Shown in pieces: positions 27,411 through 36,742 of a stretch of 64,000 nt of DNA. Made by a program: the position numbers and the translations under genes. The notes under the pieces were generated by a model, which was not told the DNA's origin, did not search any database, and saw only the letters and a list, made by a program, of their open reading frames with translations. Source of the DNA: an uncultured Lachnospiraceae bacterium. Lineage in GTDB: Bacteria; Bacillota; Clostridia; Lachnospirales; Lachnospiraceae. The stretch is from NCBI GenBank assembly GCA_947626945.1, contig CANQUC010000001.1:33365-97364 (forward strand). The letters run 5' to 3'. Position 1 is the first letter of the stretch, and the number at the start of each line of letters is the position of its first letter.

Positions 27411-27513
27411 AAAAATGAATATCATGATATAAATTATAACTATTTGCAAGAAAAAAAGCAAGTTTCTATAATGAAGAGAGAATAGAAAAATCACAGAAAG
27501 GATGGTTTTGAAA

Positions 27514-28521
27514 ATGACAGAGACAGGTGAACTGAAGCTGACAAAGGAATGGGATAAGACTTTTCCCAGAAGTGAAAAAACAGAACATGAAAAGGTGACT
27601 TTTTCCAACCGTTATGGTATGATATTGGCGGCGGATTTGTATATGCCCAGGAAAAGATCAGGAAAGCTGGCGGCAATCGCGGTCTGCGGACCCTTTGGGG
27701 CCGTAAAGGAGCAGGCTTCCGGACTGTATGCCCAGACTATGGCAGAGCGGGGATTTCTCACCATTGCCTTTGATCCGTCCTATACGGGAGAAAGCAGCGG
27801 GCAGCCCCGCTATATGGCTTCTCCGGACATCAACACAGAGGATTTCCAGGCGGCGGTGGATTATCTGTCCCTGCGTGACGATGTGGACCCGGAAAAAATC
27901 GGGATCATCGGGATCTGCGGCTGGGGCGGCATGGCGCTGAACGCGGCGGCGCTTGACACCCGCGTTCGGGCAACGGTTGCCTCCACCATGTATGATATGA
28001 GCCGGGTCAACGCAAAAGGCTATTTTGATTCCGAGGATTCCGCAGACGCCCGTTACGCCAAAAAAGTGGCCCTGAACGCCCAGCGGCTGGAGGATTATAA
28101 AAATGGCGGCTATCAGCTTGGAGGCGGCGTAGTGGATCCTCTTCCGGAGGACGCGCCGTTTTTTGTAAAGGATTACTATGATTATTACAAAACCGGGCGT
28201 GGATATCATGTCAGAAGCCTCAACTCCAACGGCGGCTGGAACGTGACCGGCTGCATGAGCTTCCTGAATCAGCCTATCCTGCAGTACAGCAATGAGATCC
28301 GCAGCGCTGTGCTGGTCATTCACGGGGAAAAGGCGCATTCCTGCTATTTCAGCCGGGATGCCTATGCGGCAATGGTGAAAGACAATCCTTACGCGGATAA
28401 TAAGGAACTGTATCTTATTCCCGGAGCCGTGCACACCGATCTGTATGACGGCGGCGGAAAAAACGCCATTCCCTTTGATAAGATGGAAGGGTTTTTCAAA
28501 CATGCTTTTGAAATTCAATAA
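27514..28521 (+). CDS. Alpha/beta-fold hydrolase
   Basis: 'IGICGWGG' nucleophile elbow (GxCxG/GxSxG-like), 'VLVIHGEKA', 'GAVHTDLY'. ATG 27514 sits ~8 nt after AAAGGA; alternative ATG at 27502. Confidence 0.7.
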   Translation: MTETGELKLTKEWDKTFPRSEKTEHEKVTFSNRYGMILAADLYMPRKRSGKLAAIAVCGPFGAVKEQASGLYAQTMAERGFLTIAFDPSYTGESSGQPRYMASPDINTEDFQAAVDYLSLRDDVDPEKIGIIGICGWGGMALNAAALDTRVRATVASTMYDMSRVNAKGYFDSEDSADARYAKKVALNAQRLEDYKNGGYQLGGGVVDPLPEDAPFFVKDYYDYYKTGRGYHVRSLNSNGGWNVTGCMSFLNQPILQYSNEIRSAVLVIHGEKAHSCYFSRDAYAAMVKDNPYADNKELYLIPGAVHTDLYDGGGKNAIPFDKMEGFFKHAFEIQ

Positions 28522-28535
28522 GGAGGGATTCAAGG

Positions 28536-29105
28536 TTGAAGAAGAATCTTGGTGTTGTGCCGGCAGTTTATCCGATGCCTGTGCTGATGGTGGCTGCCTA
28601 CAATGAAGACGGAACGGTAAATGTGATGAATGCCGCCTGGGGAATGATCTGCGGCTCTGATCGGATCGCGCTTTTTATTGACGAAGATCACAAGACCACC
28701 CAGGACATCCTGCGGCAAAAAGCGTTTACGGTCAGTATTGCGGACAAAGAACACATGGAAGCGGCAGATTTCTTTGGCATTGCCACCGGCAATAAAATGC
28801 CTGACAAGTTTGCCCGCACCGGTTATCACGCGGTTAAGAGCCAGTTTGTCAACGCGCCTGTGGTGGAGGAATTTCCCGTGGCAATGGAATGTGAGCTGGC
28901 TGAGGTGGTGCACACGGACAATCTGTATGCCATTGTGGGCAAGATTCTCAACGTGGCGGCAGAGGAAGCAGTCCTTTCCGAAAAAGGAAAGGTGGATCCC
29001 GGAAAGCTCAACGCGCTGATCTTTGACCAGTTTCAGTCCGGGTATTATGTCACCGGTGAGAAAGTCGGCAGGGCATGGAATGCCGGAGCCGGTCTGATGA
29101 AATAA
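28536..29105 (+). CDS. Flavin reductase-like (flavoredoxin) domain protein
   Basis: TTG start 7 nt after AGGAGGG. 'PMPVLMVAAYNEDGTVNVMNAAWG' is typical of Flavin_Reduct family proteins. Confidence 0.75.
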   Translation: MKKNLGVVPAVYPMPVLMVAAYNEDGTVNVMNAAWGMICGSDRIALFIDEDHKTTQDILRQKAFTVSIADKEHMEAADFFGIATGNKMPDKFARTGYHAVKSQFVNAPVVEEFPVAMECELAEVVHTDNLYAIVGKILNVAAEEAVLSEKGKVDPGKLNALIFDQFQSGYYVTGEKVGRAWNAGAGLMK

Positions 29106-29120
29106 GAATCTTTGAAAAAA

Positions 29121-29165
29121 GGCAGCTTCCCAAAAGTACAGGCTTTTGGGAGGGGCCTTTTTTTC
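29121..29165 (+). terminator. Rho-independent terminator
   Basis: cttcccaaaag (29126-29136) / cttttgggag (29143-29152) stem, then gggcc + T7. Confidence 0.7.
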
Positions 29166-29201
29166 TTGCCAGGGAATCTCGGTTCTGGGAGAACTTCTCT
29201 C

Positions 29202-29230
29202 TTGAATTTCTCTGTGGCACCATATATAAT
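29202..29230 (+). promoter_or_regulatory. Near-consensus sigma-A promoter of the mdh-hdr-flx-frd-fum-hyd operon
   Basis: TTGAAT (29202-29207), exactly 17-nt spacer, TATAAT (29225-29230), 45 nt upstream of the GTG start. Confidence 0.6.
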
Positions 29231-29274
29231 AGGAAACTGCAAGAGTATGCACTTAGATTGAAAGGAGCGGCAGT

Positions 29275-30222
29275 GTGAGCGCGAAAATAACCATTATCGG
29301 AGCAGGCAGCGTGGGATCCACCATCGCATTCAGCCTGTCCCAGAATAATATGGCGTCGGAGATTGTGCTGATTGACGTCAACAAAGAAAAAGTAGACGGC
29401 GAGGTGATGGATATTGAGCAGGGCACCTGCTTCAGGGACCCTGTATCCATTATCGCGGGAGATTATGAGGATGCCAGGAATTCGGATATTGTGATCATCA
29501 CATCCGGCATTGCCCGCAAGCCGGGTCAGACAAGAATCGAGCTGACCCAGACCAATGTAGATATTTTAAAGAGCATCACGCCGCTGATTGTAAAAGAGGC
29601 GCCGGACGCTCTGTACATAGTGGTCAGCAATCCGGTGGATATTATGACCTATGTGTTCACAAAGATTTCCGGATTGGGAGAAAATCAGGTCATCGGATCG
29701 GGAACCCTGTTGGATACCGCCCGGCTGCGCTGCGGGCTTTCCGAACGGCTGCAGATCGCCCAGCGGAACATCCATGCCTATGTATTTGGCGAGCATGGAG
29801 ACACCTCGTTCATTCCCTGGAGCGACGCCTACATTTCCGGCGTCAGCCTCAATGAATATATCCGGCAGAGGCGGGCCATGGGAATGAAGATAGAGGAGAT
29901 CGACAAGAAAGAGATGCTGGATTATGTGCGCAATTCCGGCGGAAAGATCATTGCCAACAAGGGCGCCACGTTTTACGCCATTGCCTCGGCTGTCTGCAAG
30001 CTGTGTTCAATCCTCCTGGCTTCCTCAGACTCCATGGCGGTGCTATCTTCCATGATGCACGGCGAGTACGGCATTGAGGACGTGTGCCTCAGCACGCTGA
30101 CCCTTGTGGGCCCCAACGGGATCCGCGGAAAGATTCAGATGCGCATGAACGAGGAGGAGATCGCGCAGCTGCGAAAAAGCGCGGATACCTTGAAAGCAGT
30201 CATCAGACAGATCCATCTTTAA
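29275..30222 (+). CDS. mdh: LDH-like NAD-dependent malate dehydrogenase (L-2-hydroxyacid dehydrogenase family)
   Basis: 'ITIIGAGSVGST' Rossmann motif, 'GEHGDT' catalytic His. The specificity loop reads 'SGIARKPGQTR', with Arg where LDHs have Gln102. Context includes fumarase and a fumarate-reductase-like pair. Confidence 0.65.
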   Translation: MSAKITIIGAGSVGSTIAFSLSQNNMASEIVLIDVNKEKVDGEVMDIEQGTCFRDPVSIIAGDYEDARNSDIVIITSGIARKPGQTRIELTQTNVDILKSITPLIVKEAPDALYIVVSNPVDIMTYVFTKISGLGENQVIGSGTLLDTARLRCGLSERLQIAQRNIHAYVFGEHGDTSFIPWSDAYISGVSLNEYIRQRRAMGMKIEEIDKKEMLDYVRNSGGKIIANKGATFYAIASAVCKLCSILLASSDSMAVLSSMMHGEYGIEDVCLSTLTLVGPNGIRGKIQMRMNEEEIAQLRKSADTLKAVIRQIHL

Positions 30223-30242
30223 GGGAGTGCAAAGGAGGAGCC

Positions 30243-31043
30243 ATGAAATACAGTTACTATCCGGGATGTACAGTAAAGAACCAGGCAAAGGAACTGGATC
30301 TCTATGCGAGAGCCTGCGGGGAAAAGCTGGGCTTTGAACTGGAGGAGCTCTCCCAATGGCAGTGCTGCGGGGGCGTATACCCCCTGGGCAGCGACGAGAT
30401 TGCCACCAAGCTGTCTTCTGTTCGCGCCCTTGCAGAGGCAAAGGAAAAGAAACAGGATCTGGTCACCCTTTGCTCCGCCTGCCATCATGTGCTGAAACGG
30501 GTTAATGACGATATGCGGTGTGTGGAAGACATTCGCGTCCGGGCAAACAATTATCTGCAGCCGGAGTCGCCCTATCAGGGAGAGACAACGGTGATCCATT
30601 ATCTGGAGGTGCTCCGGGATCGGGTGGGGTTTGACGTCCTGAAAGAAAAGGTCACCCATCCCCTTAACGGCAGAAAGATCGGCGCCTATTACGGCTGTCT
30701 GCTTTTGCGGCCCGGAAAGATCATGGGGTTTGACGATCCGGAGAATCCGGTGATCCTGGAGGATCTGATCCGCGCCCTGGGCGGAGAGCCGGTTGTCTAT
30801 CCTTACCGCAACGAGTGCTGCGGAGGATATCTTTCCCTGAAAGAAAAAGAGCTGTCCAAAAGTATGACGGACAGGATCATGGACAGCGCGGAGGGCTTTG
30901 GGGCTCAAATGCTGATCACCGCCTGTCCCCTGTGTCTGTATAACCTGAATCAGAGCACATCCGGCGCAAAGCTGCCGGTCCGTTATTTTACGGAGCTGCT
31001 GGCAGAGGCCCTTGGGGTAAAAGAGGAGGTGTCCGGAGAATGA
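30243..31043 (+). CDS. hdrB: Heterodisulfide reductase subunit B-like protein (two CCG domains)
   Basis: Start at ATG 30243 after AAAGGAGGAG. Two Cx(n)CCGx(m)CxxC units: 'YYPGC...WQCCGG...CSACHH' and 'YYGC...NECCGG...CPLCLY'. Confidence 0.85.
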   Translation: MKYSYYPGCTVKNQAKELDLYARACGEKLGFELEELSQWQCCGGVYPLGSDEIATKLSSVRALAEAKEKKQDLVTLCSACHHVLKRVNDDMRCVEDIRVRANNYLQPESPYQGETTVIHYLEVLRDRVGFDVLKEKVTHPLNGRKIGAYYGCLLLRPGKIMGFDDPENPVILEDLIRALGGEPVVYPYRNECCGGYLSLKEKELSKSMTDRIMDSAEGFGAQMLITACPLCLYNLNQSTSGAKLPVRYFTELLAEALGVKEEVSGE

Positions 31044-31429
31044 CAAAAGCGGAAAAACAGGCAGAACTGATCCGCCAGATCGGCGGAACCGATCCCTACA
31101 AATGTATGAAATGCGGCAAATGCTCCGCAACCTGTCCGTCTTTTGACCAGATGGACATCAAACCCCATCAGTTTGTCTCCTGTGTGCTTCATGACCAGAT
31201 CGGGAGACTGGTTCAGTCCAAGTCCCTGTGGAAATGCCTTTCCTGCTTTGCCTGTGTGGAACGGTGTCCCAGAGACGTAAAGCCGGGCAAGCTCATTGAC
31301 GCCGCAAGGCAGCTTGTGATCCGCCAGAGAGGGCAGGATTACCTGAATCCGGATCAGATTCCGGAGCTTTTGGATCCGGAACTGCCCCAGCAGCTGCTGG
31401 TCAGCGCGTTCCGCAGATACAGGAGGTAG
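31040..31429 (+). CDS. hdrC: Heterodisulfide reductase subunit C-like 4Fe-4S protein
   Basis: 'CMKCGKCSATCP' and 'CLSCFACVERCP'. Start overlaps the hdrB stop (ATGA). Confidence 0.8.
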   Translation: MTKAEKQAELIRQIGGTDPYKCMKCGKCSATCPSFDQMDIKPHQFVSCVLHDQIGRLVQSKSLWKCLSCFACVERCPRDVKPGKLIDAARQLVIRQRGQDYLNPDQIPELLDPELPQQLLVSAFRRYRR

Positions 31430-31434
31430 GAGCA

Positions 31435-33423
31435 ATGCAGAGAATCGGAGTATTTGTCTGCCATTGCGGAAGCAACATTGCCGCATCGGTGGATGTGAAA
31501 AAAGTGGCTGAGGCGGCTTTGCTGGAGCCGGGCGTAGTTCACGGGGAAGACTATCAGTATATGTGTTCCGAGACCGGACAGGCAAAGATCGTGGAGGCCA
31601 TTCGGGAAAAAAATCTGACGGGCATCGTTGTCTGTTCCTGTTCTCCCCGGATGCACGAGGCTACTTTCCGCAAATGCGCGGAGCGGGCAGGACTGAATCC
31701 CTATATGGTGGAGATCGCCAATATCCGGGAGCACTGTTCCTGGATTCACCGGGATATGCAGGAGGCCACCAAAAAAGCGGTGATCCTTATGAGAGCCGCC
31801 GTGGCCAAGGTAAATCTGAATACGCCTCTGAAAGCAGGAGAGAGCCGGGTGACAAAACGGGCGCTGGTCATTGGCGGCGGCATTGCCGGCATCCAGACGG
31901 CGCTGGACATTGCGGAGGCCGGGTATGAGGTAGATATCGTAGAGAAGTCTCCCAGCATCGGCGGCAGGATGGCACAGCTTGACAAGACCTTTCCCACACT
32001 GGACTGTTCGGCCTGCATTCTTACGCCAAAGATGGTGGAAGCTTCCGCCCATGAAAAGATTACTCTCTATACATACAGTGAAGTAGAACATGTGACAGGC
32101 TATGTGGGAGATTTTACGGTGGATATCCGCAAAAAAGCCCGCAGCGTCAATATGGAAAAATGTACCGGCTGCGGCCTCTGTCAGGAGAAATGTCCCTCCA
32201 GAAAGACGCCCAGCGAGTTTAACAGAGGACTGAGTACAAGAAGCGCCATTTACACGCCCTTTGCCCAGGCCATTCCAAATGTGCCGGTGATCGACCGGGA
32301 GCACTGCATAAAGTTTCAGACGGGAAAATGCGGGCTGTGCGCCAAGGTGTGCCAGGCAGACGCCATAGACTATCAGCAGCAGGATCAGATCATTACGGAG
32401 AAATACGGCGCCATTGTGGTGGCTACCGGATTTGATACCATCAGTCTGGATCAGTACGGCGAATATGCTTACAGCCAGAGCCCCGATGTGATCACTTCCC
32501 TGGAGCTGGAGCGGATCATGAACGCGGCGGGGCCTACCGGAGGCCATCTGGAGCGGCTGTCGGATCACAGGCAGCCAAAAAATATGGTGTTTGTCCAGTG
32601 CGTGGGCAGCCGGTGCGCCGACAGCAGGGGAAAGAGTTACTGCTCCAAGATCTGCTGCATGTACACGGCAAAGCATGCCATGCTGATCCGGGACAAATAT
32701 CCGGATGTAAACGTAACGGTGTTCTACATTGATGTGCGGACGCCGGGCAAAAATTTTGATGAGTTTTACCGCAGAGCGGTGGAAGAATACCATGTGAATT
32801 ATATCAAAGGCCAGGTTGGCAAGGTGGCTCCCCAGCCGGACGGCAGCCTGCTGGTGCAGGGCGTCGATCTGCTGGATAACAGGCAGGTTTTGATCAATGC
32901 GGATATGGTGGTGCTGGCCACCGCCATTGAACCTGGTCCGGACGCCCGCAGGATCGCCGCCATGCTTACCGCAAGCATTGATACAAACAATTTCCTGACG
33001 GAAGCCCATCCAAAGCTGCGCCCTGTGGAATCGCCCACGGCAGGCATTTTCCTTTCCGGCGTTTGCCAGGGCCCCAAGGATATTCCGGAAACGGTATCTC
33101 AGGCAGGGGCCGCGGCGGTAAAGGTCATCGGACTGCTGGCCAAGGATAAGCTTCTGACCAATCCCTGTACGGCAAAGGCCGACGAACTGATGTGCAACGG
33201 CTGTTCCGCATGCGCAAACGTATGCCCTTATGGGGCGATCTCCTATGAGGATCACGAGGTCAGGGGGCCGGGCGTTCGGGAAGTACGCCGTGTGGCAGTG
33301 GTGAACGACGCTCTCTGTCAGGGCTGCGGCGCCTGTACGGTGGCATGTCCCTCCGGCGCCATGGACCTGCAGGGATTTTCAAACAGACAGATCATTGCGG
33401 AGGTAGATGCCATATGCAGGTAG
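31435..33423 (+). CDS. hdrA: Heterodisulfide reductase subunit A-like FAD/FeS flavoprotein
   Basis: N-terminal MvhD-like Cys domain 'VFVCHCGSNI...VVCSCSPR...REHCSW'. 'VIGGGIAGIQTALDIAEAG' FAD fold. Inserted and C-terminal ferredoxin motifs 'CTGCGLCQEKCP', 'CGLCAKVC', 'CNGCSACANVCP', 'CQGCGACTVACP'. Confidence 0.9.
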   Translation: MQRIGVFVCHCGSNIAASVDVKKVAEAALLEPGVVHGEDYQYMCSETGQAKIVEAIREKNLTGIVVCSCSPRMHEATFRKCAERAGLNPYMVEIANIREHCSWIHRDMQEATKKAVILMRAAVAKVNLNTPLKAGESRVTKRALVIGGGIAGIQTALDIAEAGYEVDIVEKSPSIGGRMAQLDKTFPTLDCSACILTPKMVEASAHEKITLYTYSEVEHVTGYVGDFTVDIRKKARSVNMEKCTGCGLCQEKCPSRKTPSEFNRGLSTRSAIYTPFAQAIPNVPVIDREHCIKFQTGKCGLCAKVCQADAIDYQQQDQIITEKYGAIVVATGFDTISLDQYGEYAYSQSPDVITSLELERIMNAAGPTGGHLERLSDHRQPKNMVFVQCVGSRCADSRGKSYCSKICCMYTAKHAMLIRDKYPDVNVTVFYIDVRTPGKNFDEFYRRAVEEYHVNYIKGQVGKVAPQPDGSLLVQGVDLLDNRQVLINADMVVLATAIEPGPDARRIAAMLTASIDTNNFLTEAHPKLRPVESPTAGIFLSGVCQGPKDIPETVSQAGAAAVKVIGLLAKDKLLTNPCTAKADELMCNGCSACANVCPYGAISYEDHEVRGPGVREVRRVAVVNDALCQGCGACTVACPSGAMDLQGFSNRQIIAEVDAICR

Positions 33424-33857
33424 AAGACAAGAAAGAATTCCGGCCAAAGATCGTCGCCTTTTGCTGCAACTGGTGCAGCTACGCCGGGGCGGATCTTGCG
33501 GGAAGCAGCCGTCTTTCCTATCCGGCGGATGTGAAGATCATCCGTGTCCCCTGTTCCTGCAGGGTAAATCCCATGTTCATTCTGCGGGCCTTTGAGCGGG
33601 GCGCGGACGGGGTGATCCTCTGCGGATGCCATCCGGGAGACTGTCATTACAGCACCGGCAATTTTTACACAAGAAGACGTATGACGCTGCTGTTCTCCAT
33701 GCTGGATTTTATCGGAATCGAAAAGGGGCGTGTGAGAGTGGAGTGGGTTTCCGCCGCGGAGGGGGCCAAATTCTCCGCCACCATGAATGAATTCGCGGAA
33801 AAGATCCGTTCCCTTGGGGAAAACGTCAGATTGGGGGATATCAGATGCAGGAGCTGA
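33414..33857 (+). CDS. mvhD: MvhD/FlxD-like [2Fe-2S] hydrogenase delta-subunit-type protein
   Basis: 'KIVAFCCNWCSYAGADLAG...IRVPCSCRVNP...ILCGCHPGDCHY' is the MvhD signature. ATG 33414 overlaps the hdrA 3' end. Confidence 0.85.
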   Translation: MQVEDKKEFRPKIVAFCCNWCSYAGADLAGSSRLSYPADVKIIRVPCSCRVNPMFILRAFERGADGVILCGCHPGDCHYSTGNFYTRRRMTLLFSMLDFIGIEKGRVRVEWVSAAEGAKFSATMNEFAEKIRSLGENVRLGDIRCRS

Positions 33858-34816
33858 TCAAAAGAGCAAAAGAACTGCTGGCAGACGGCACGGCAGCCCG
33901 TGTGCTGGGCTGGCGCCGGGGCGATCTGCCCTACAATCCCGAGCCGGCGTTTTTTGAAAAAGAGGAAGACCTGGACCGGTTTGTTTACGACGGGTTCTGC
34001 GGCGCCAATTTAAGCAAGATGATGATCGAGGCTTCCCGGCTGGAGGGAAAGACTCTGGTCTTTTTGAAGCCCTGCGATACATACAGCTTCAACCAGCTTT
34101 TGAAAGAGCATCGGGTAGACCGGGAGAAAGCCTATATCATAGGCGTGGGATGCCGTGGCAAGCTGGATATTGAAAAGATCCGTGCCCAGGGCATCAGCGG
34201 CATCACAGCCATATCCGGCGCGGAAAATGACGGCCCGGATACCCTGAAGGTCAGGACCATTTACGGGGACAGAACCGTAAACTACGGATCCGCTCTGCTT
34301 GGGCGCTGTCATGTGTGCAAGGGCAAGGAGCACAAAATCTGTGACGAACAGATCGGCCGGTCCCGGGACACAAAGGACGCCGATCCCTATGAGGAAGTGC
34401 GCGCCGTGGAGGCTATGACGCCGGAAGCGCGGTTTGCCTTTTTTCAGAAAGAACTTGGAAAATGTATCCGCTGCAACGCGTGCCGCAACGTGTGTCCCGC
34501 GTGCAGCTGCCGGAAATGTGTCTTTGACAGTACCAGCTTTGACAGCGCCCAGAAAGCAAATGTGGACTCCTTTGAAGAAAAAATGTTCCACATCATCCGT
34601 TCCTTTCATGTGGCCGGGCGCTGCACAGACTGCGGCGAGTGCAGCAGAGTGTGTCCCCAGGGGATTCCGCTCCATCTGTTCAACCGCAGGTATATAAAAG
34701 AGATCAATGAACTGTACGGACAGTTTCAGGCCGGTGAGGATCCGGAAGCGACCAGTCCCCTTACGGATTATCTGGCTGAGGATCCGGAGCCGGGCATCAT
34801 AGAAGAAAGGGGATAA
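33845..34816 (+). CDS. FlxC-like / sulfhydrogenase-beta-like 4Fe-4S protein
   Basis: 'CIRCNACRNVCPACSC' and 'CTDCGECSRVCP', the same motif layout as the next gene. Start overlaps the mvhD stop. Confidence 0.6.
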   Translation: MQELIKRAKELLADGTAARVLGWRRGDLPYNPEPAFFEKEEDLDRFVYDGFCGANLSKMMIEASRLEGKTLVFLKPCDTYSFNQLLKEHRVDREKAYIIGVGCRGKLDIEKIRAQGISGITAISGAENDGPDTLKVRTIYGDRTVNYGSALLGRCHVCKGKEHKICDEQIGRSRDTKDADPYEEVRAVEAMTPEARFAFFQKELGKCIRCNACRNVCPACSCRKCVFDSTSFDSAQKANVDSFEEKMFHIIRSFHVAGRCTDCGECSRVCPQGIPLHLFNRRYIKEINELYGQFQAGEDPEATSPLTDYLAEDPEPGIIEERG

Positions 34817-34820
34817 TGTC

Positions 34821-35864
34821 ATGTATAAGATAACAAAAGAGAATCTGCGGGCATTATTCCGTGAGATTGCCGGCAGCCGGGAGCTTTATCTGCCGGTGGA
34901 GATGGGCGGTCAGGTGAACTTCGGCGTATGGGATGAGGACGCGAAGGTGCGCCTGGATGTGTTAAAGACCGTAAAGTCTCCAAAGGACATTTTTTTCCCT
35001 CAGGCCGAAACATTATATACCTGCACGGGGTCAGGAAAAAACATCCGGATCAAGCCTCAGGAGCTGAAAGACCGGGATTTTGTGGTGTTTGGAATGCGCG
35101 CCTGCGACGTGCGGGGAGTTAAGGTGCTGGATCAGGTATTTTTAAGCGATCCCCAGGACACCTATTACGCTGCCCGCCGGGCCCATGGGATTCTGGTGTC
35201 CATGGCCTGCGGCCGGCCGGAAGAATCCTGTTTCTGCAGTACCTTTGGCATAGACGCGGCCGCTCCCGAGGGAGACGTGGCCGCATGGATGACAGAGAAG
35301 GATCTTTTCCTGAAGCCTCTTACCGAAAAAGGAGAACAGTTCATAACCTCTGTGGAGTCGCTTTTGACAAAGGCGGAGGATGAAGCGGAGACTGTGGAAG
35401 CGGAGCAGAAGCGGATCCGGGAGATTCTGGAAAAACTGCCCTACAGGAATCTTTCCTTAGACGGCTGGGACGGCGGAGCCACAGAAGAAAAATTTGATTC
35501 TCCCATCTGGGAGACGCTGTATCGTCCCTGTCTGGCATGCGGCACCTGCACGTTTGTGTGCCCTACCTGCCAGTGTTACGATATTAAGGATTACCGGACG
35601 GCGGAGGGCGTTCAGCGTTACCGCTGCTGGGATTCCTGCATGTATTCGGATTTTACGCTGATGGCCGGGGGCAACAACAGGACGACCCAGCTGCAGCGGT
35701 TTCGCCAGAGATTTATGCACAAACTGATTTACTTCCCCGCCAACAATCAGGGAATGTATTCCTGCGTAGGCTGCGGGCGGTGCGTGGAAAAATGCCCGTC
35801 GTCCCTGAATATCGTGAAAGTGATCAAAGCATTTGAAAAACAGGGAGGTGGCGCGAATGTGTAA
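34821..35864 (+). CDS. FlxB-like / AsrA (anaerobic sulfite reductase A) / sulfhydrogenase-beta-like 4Fe-4S protein
   Basis: 'CLACGTCTFVCPTCQC' and 'CVGCGRCVEKCP', with the N-terminal AsrA-like region. Confidence 0.65.
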   Translation: MYKITKENLRALFREIAGSRELYLPVEMGGQVNFGVWDEDAKVRLDVLKTVKSPKDIFFPQAETLYTCTGSGKNIRIKPQELKDRDFVVFGMRACDVRGVKVLDQVFLSDPQDTYYAARRAHGILVSMACGRPEESCFCSTFGIDAAAPEGDVAAWMTEKDLFLKPLTEKGEQFITSVESLLTKAEDEAETVEAEQKRIREILEKLPYRNLSLDGWDGGATEEKFDSPIWETLYRPCLACGTCTFVCPTCQCYDIKDYRTAEGVQRYRCWDSCMYSDFTLMAGGNNRTTQLQRFRQRFMHKLIYFPANNQGMYSCVGCGRCVEKCPSSLNIVKVIKAFEKQGGGANV

Positions 35865-36690
35865 CCGCAGGGATCCCCTGATCCCCCAGATCGGCGTGAT
35901 CACCCATGTGGAGACCGAGACGCCTGACGTAAAAACCTTTCGGATCGTCAGGCCGGAGGGGGGTAAGTTATTTGACCATATGCCCGGCCAGTGCGCCATG
36001 ATCTGCGTGCCGGGGGTCAGCGAGGGAATGTTTTCCATTACCTCTTCCCCAACCAATCGGGAATATCAGGAGTTCAGCATCAAACGGTGCGGAATGCTCA
36101 CGGAGCAGCTTCACAGCCTGGAACCGGGAGACCAGGTGACTGTCCGGGGCCCTTACGGGAATCATTTTCCCGTGGAAACTGAGCTGAAAGGAAAAGACCT
36201 GCTGTTTATCGCAGGCGGGATCGGACTGGCCCCCCTGCGCTCGGTGATCAATTATGTGCTGGACAACCGGCAGGATTACGGCAAGATAGACATTCTTTAC
36301 GGAGCCCGATCCGCAGACGATCTGGTGCGGCGAAAAGAAATGGAAGAGGTGTGGATGAAAGCTCCCGGCGTAAACGGATATCTGACCATAGATGTGGCTC
36401 AGGAGGGCTGGAACGGCCATGTGGGCTTTGTGCCGGACTACCTGAAAGAAATCGGCTTTGCCGCTGACAAGACTGCCCTGGTATGCGGGCCTCCCATTAT
36501 GATCAAATTTGTGCTTGCCGCCCTGGAGGGAATGGGCTACACAAAGGAACAGGTATATACGACCCTGGAGCTTCGGATGAAATGCGGAATCGGCAAATGC
36601 GGGCGCTGCAACATCGGCTCCAAGTATGTGTGCAAGGACGGCCCCGTTTTCCGGCTGGATCAGATCGAAGAGCTGCCGGACGAGTATTAG
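35857..36690 (+). CDS. FlxA-like / AsrB / sulfhydrogenase-gamma-like FAD-NAD(P)H oxidoreductase with C-terminal [2Fe-2S]
   Basis: 'FSITSSP' (RxYS-like FAD motif region), 'LFIAGGIGLAPL' NAD(P) fold, 'CGIGKCGRCNIG...CKDGPVF' cluster motif. ATG 35857 lies 8 nt after AGGGAGG and overlaps the upstream stop. Confidence 0.75.
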   Translation: MCNRRDPLIPQIGVITHVETETPDVKTFRIVRPEGGKLFDHMPGQCAMICVPGVSEGMFSITSSPTNREYQEFSIKRCGMLTEQLHSLEPGDQVTVRGPYGNHFPVETELKGKDLLFIAGGIGLAPLRSVINYVLDNRQDYGKIDILYGARSADDLVRRKEMEEVWMKAPGVNGYLTIDVAQEGWNGHVGFVPDYLKEIGFAADKTALVCGPPIMIKFVLAALEGMGYTKEQVYTTLELRMKCGIGKCGRCNIGSKYVCKDGPVFRLDQIEELPDEY

Positions 36691-36742
36691 GGCATTGATT
36701 TCCTGCAAAGGGGTACAATACGGAAAGGAATGGTATGGATCA

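Noticed and set aside
31354-33255. 633-aa minus-strand ORF
   Set aside because: It is fully antisense to hdrA, which has clear FAD and ferredoxin motifs. It has no recognisable domain and a Gly/Arg/His-rich shadow composition.
30243-33857. hdrABC/mvhD taken as evidence of a methanogen or CoM-S-S-CoB metabolism
   Set aside because: The ribosomal, NusG, PcrA and F-type ATPase genes and sigma-A promoters are bacterial (Firmicutes-like). Hdr/Mvh homologues are widespread in anaerobic bacteria with other acceptors.
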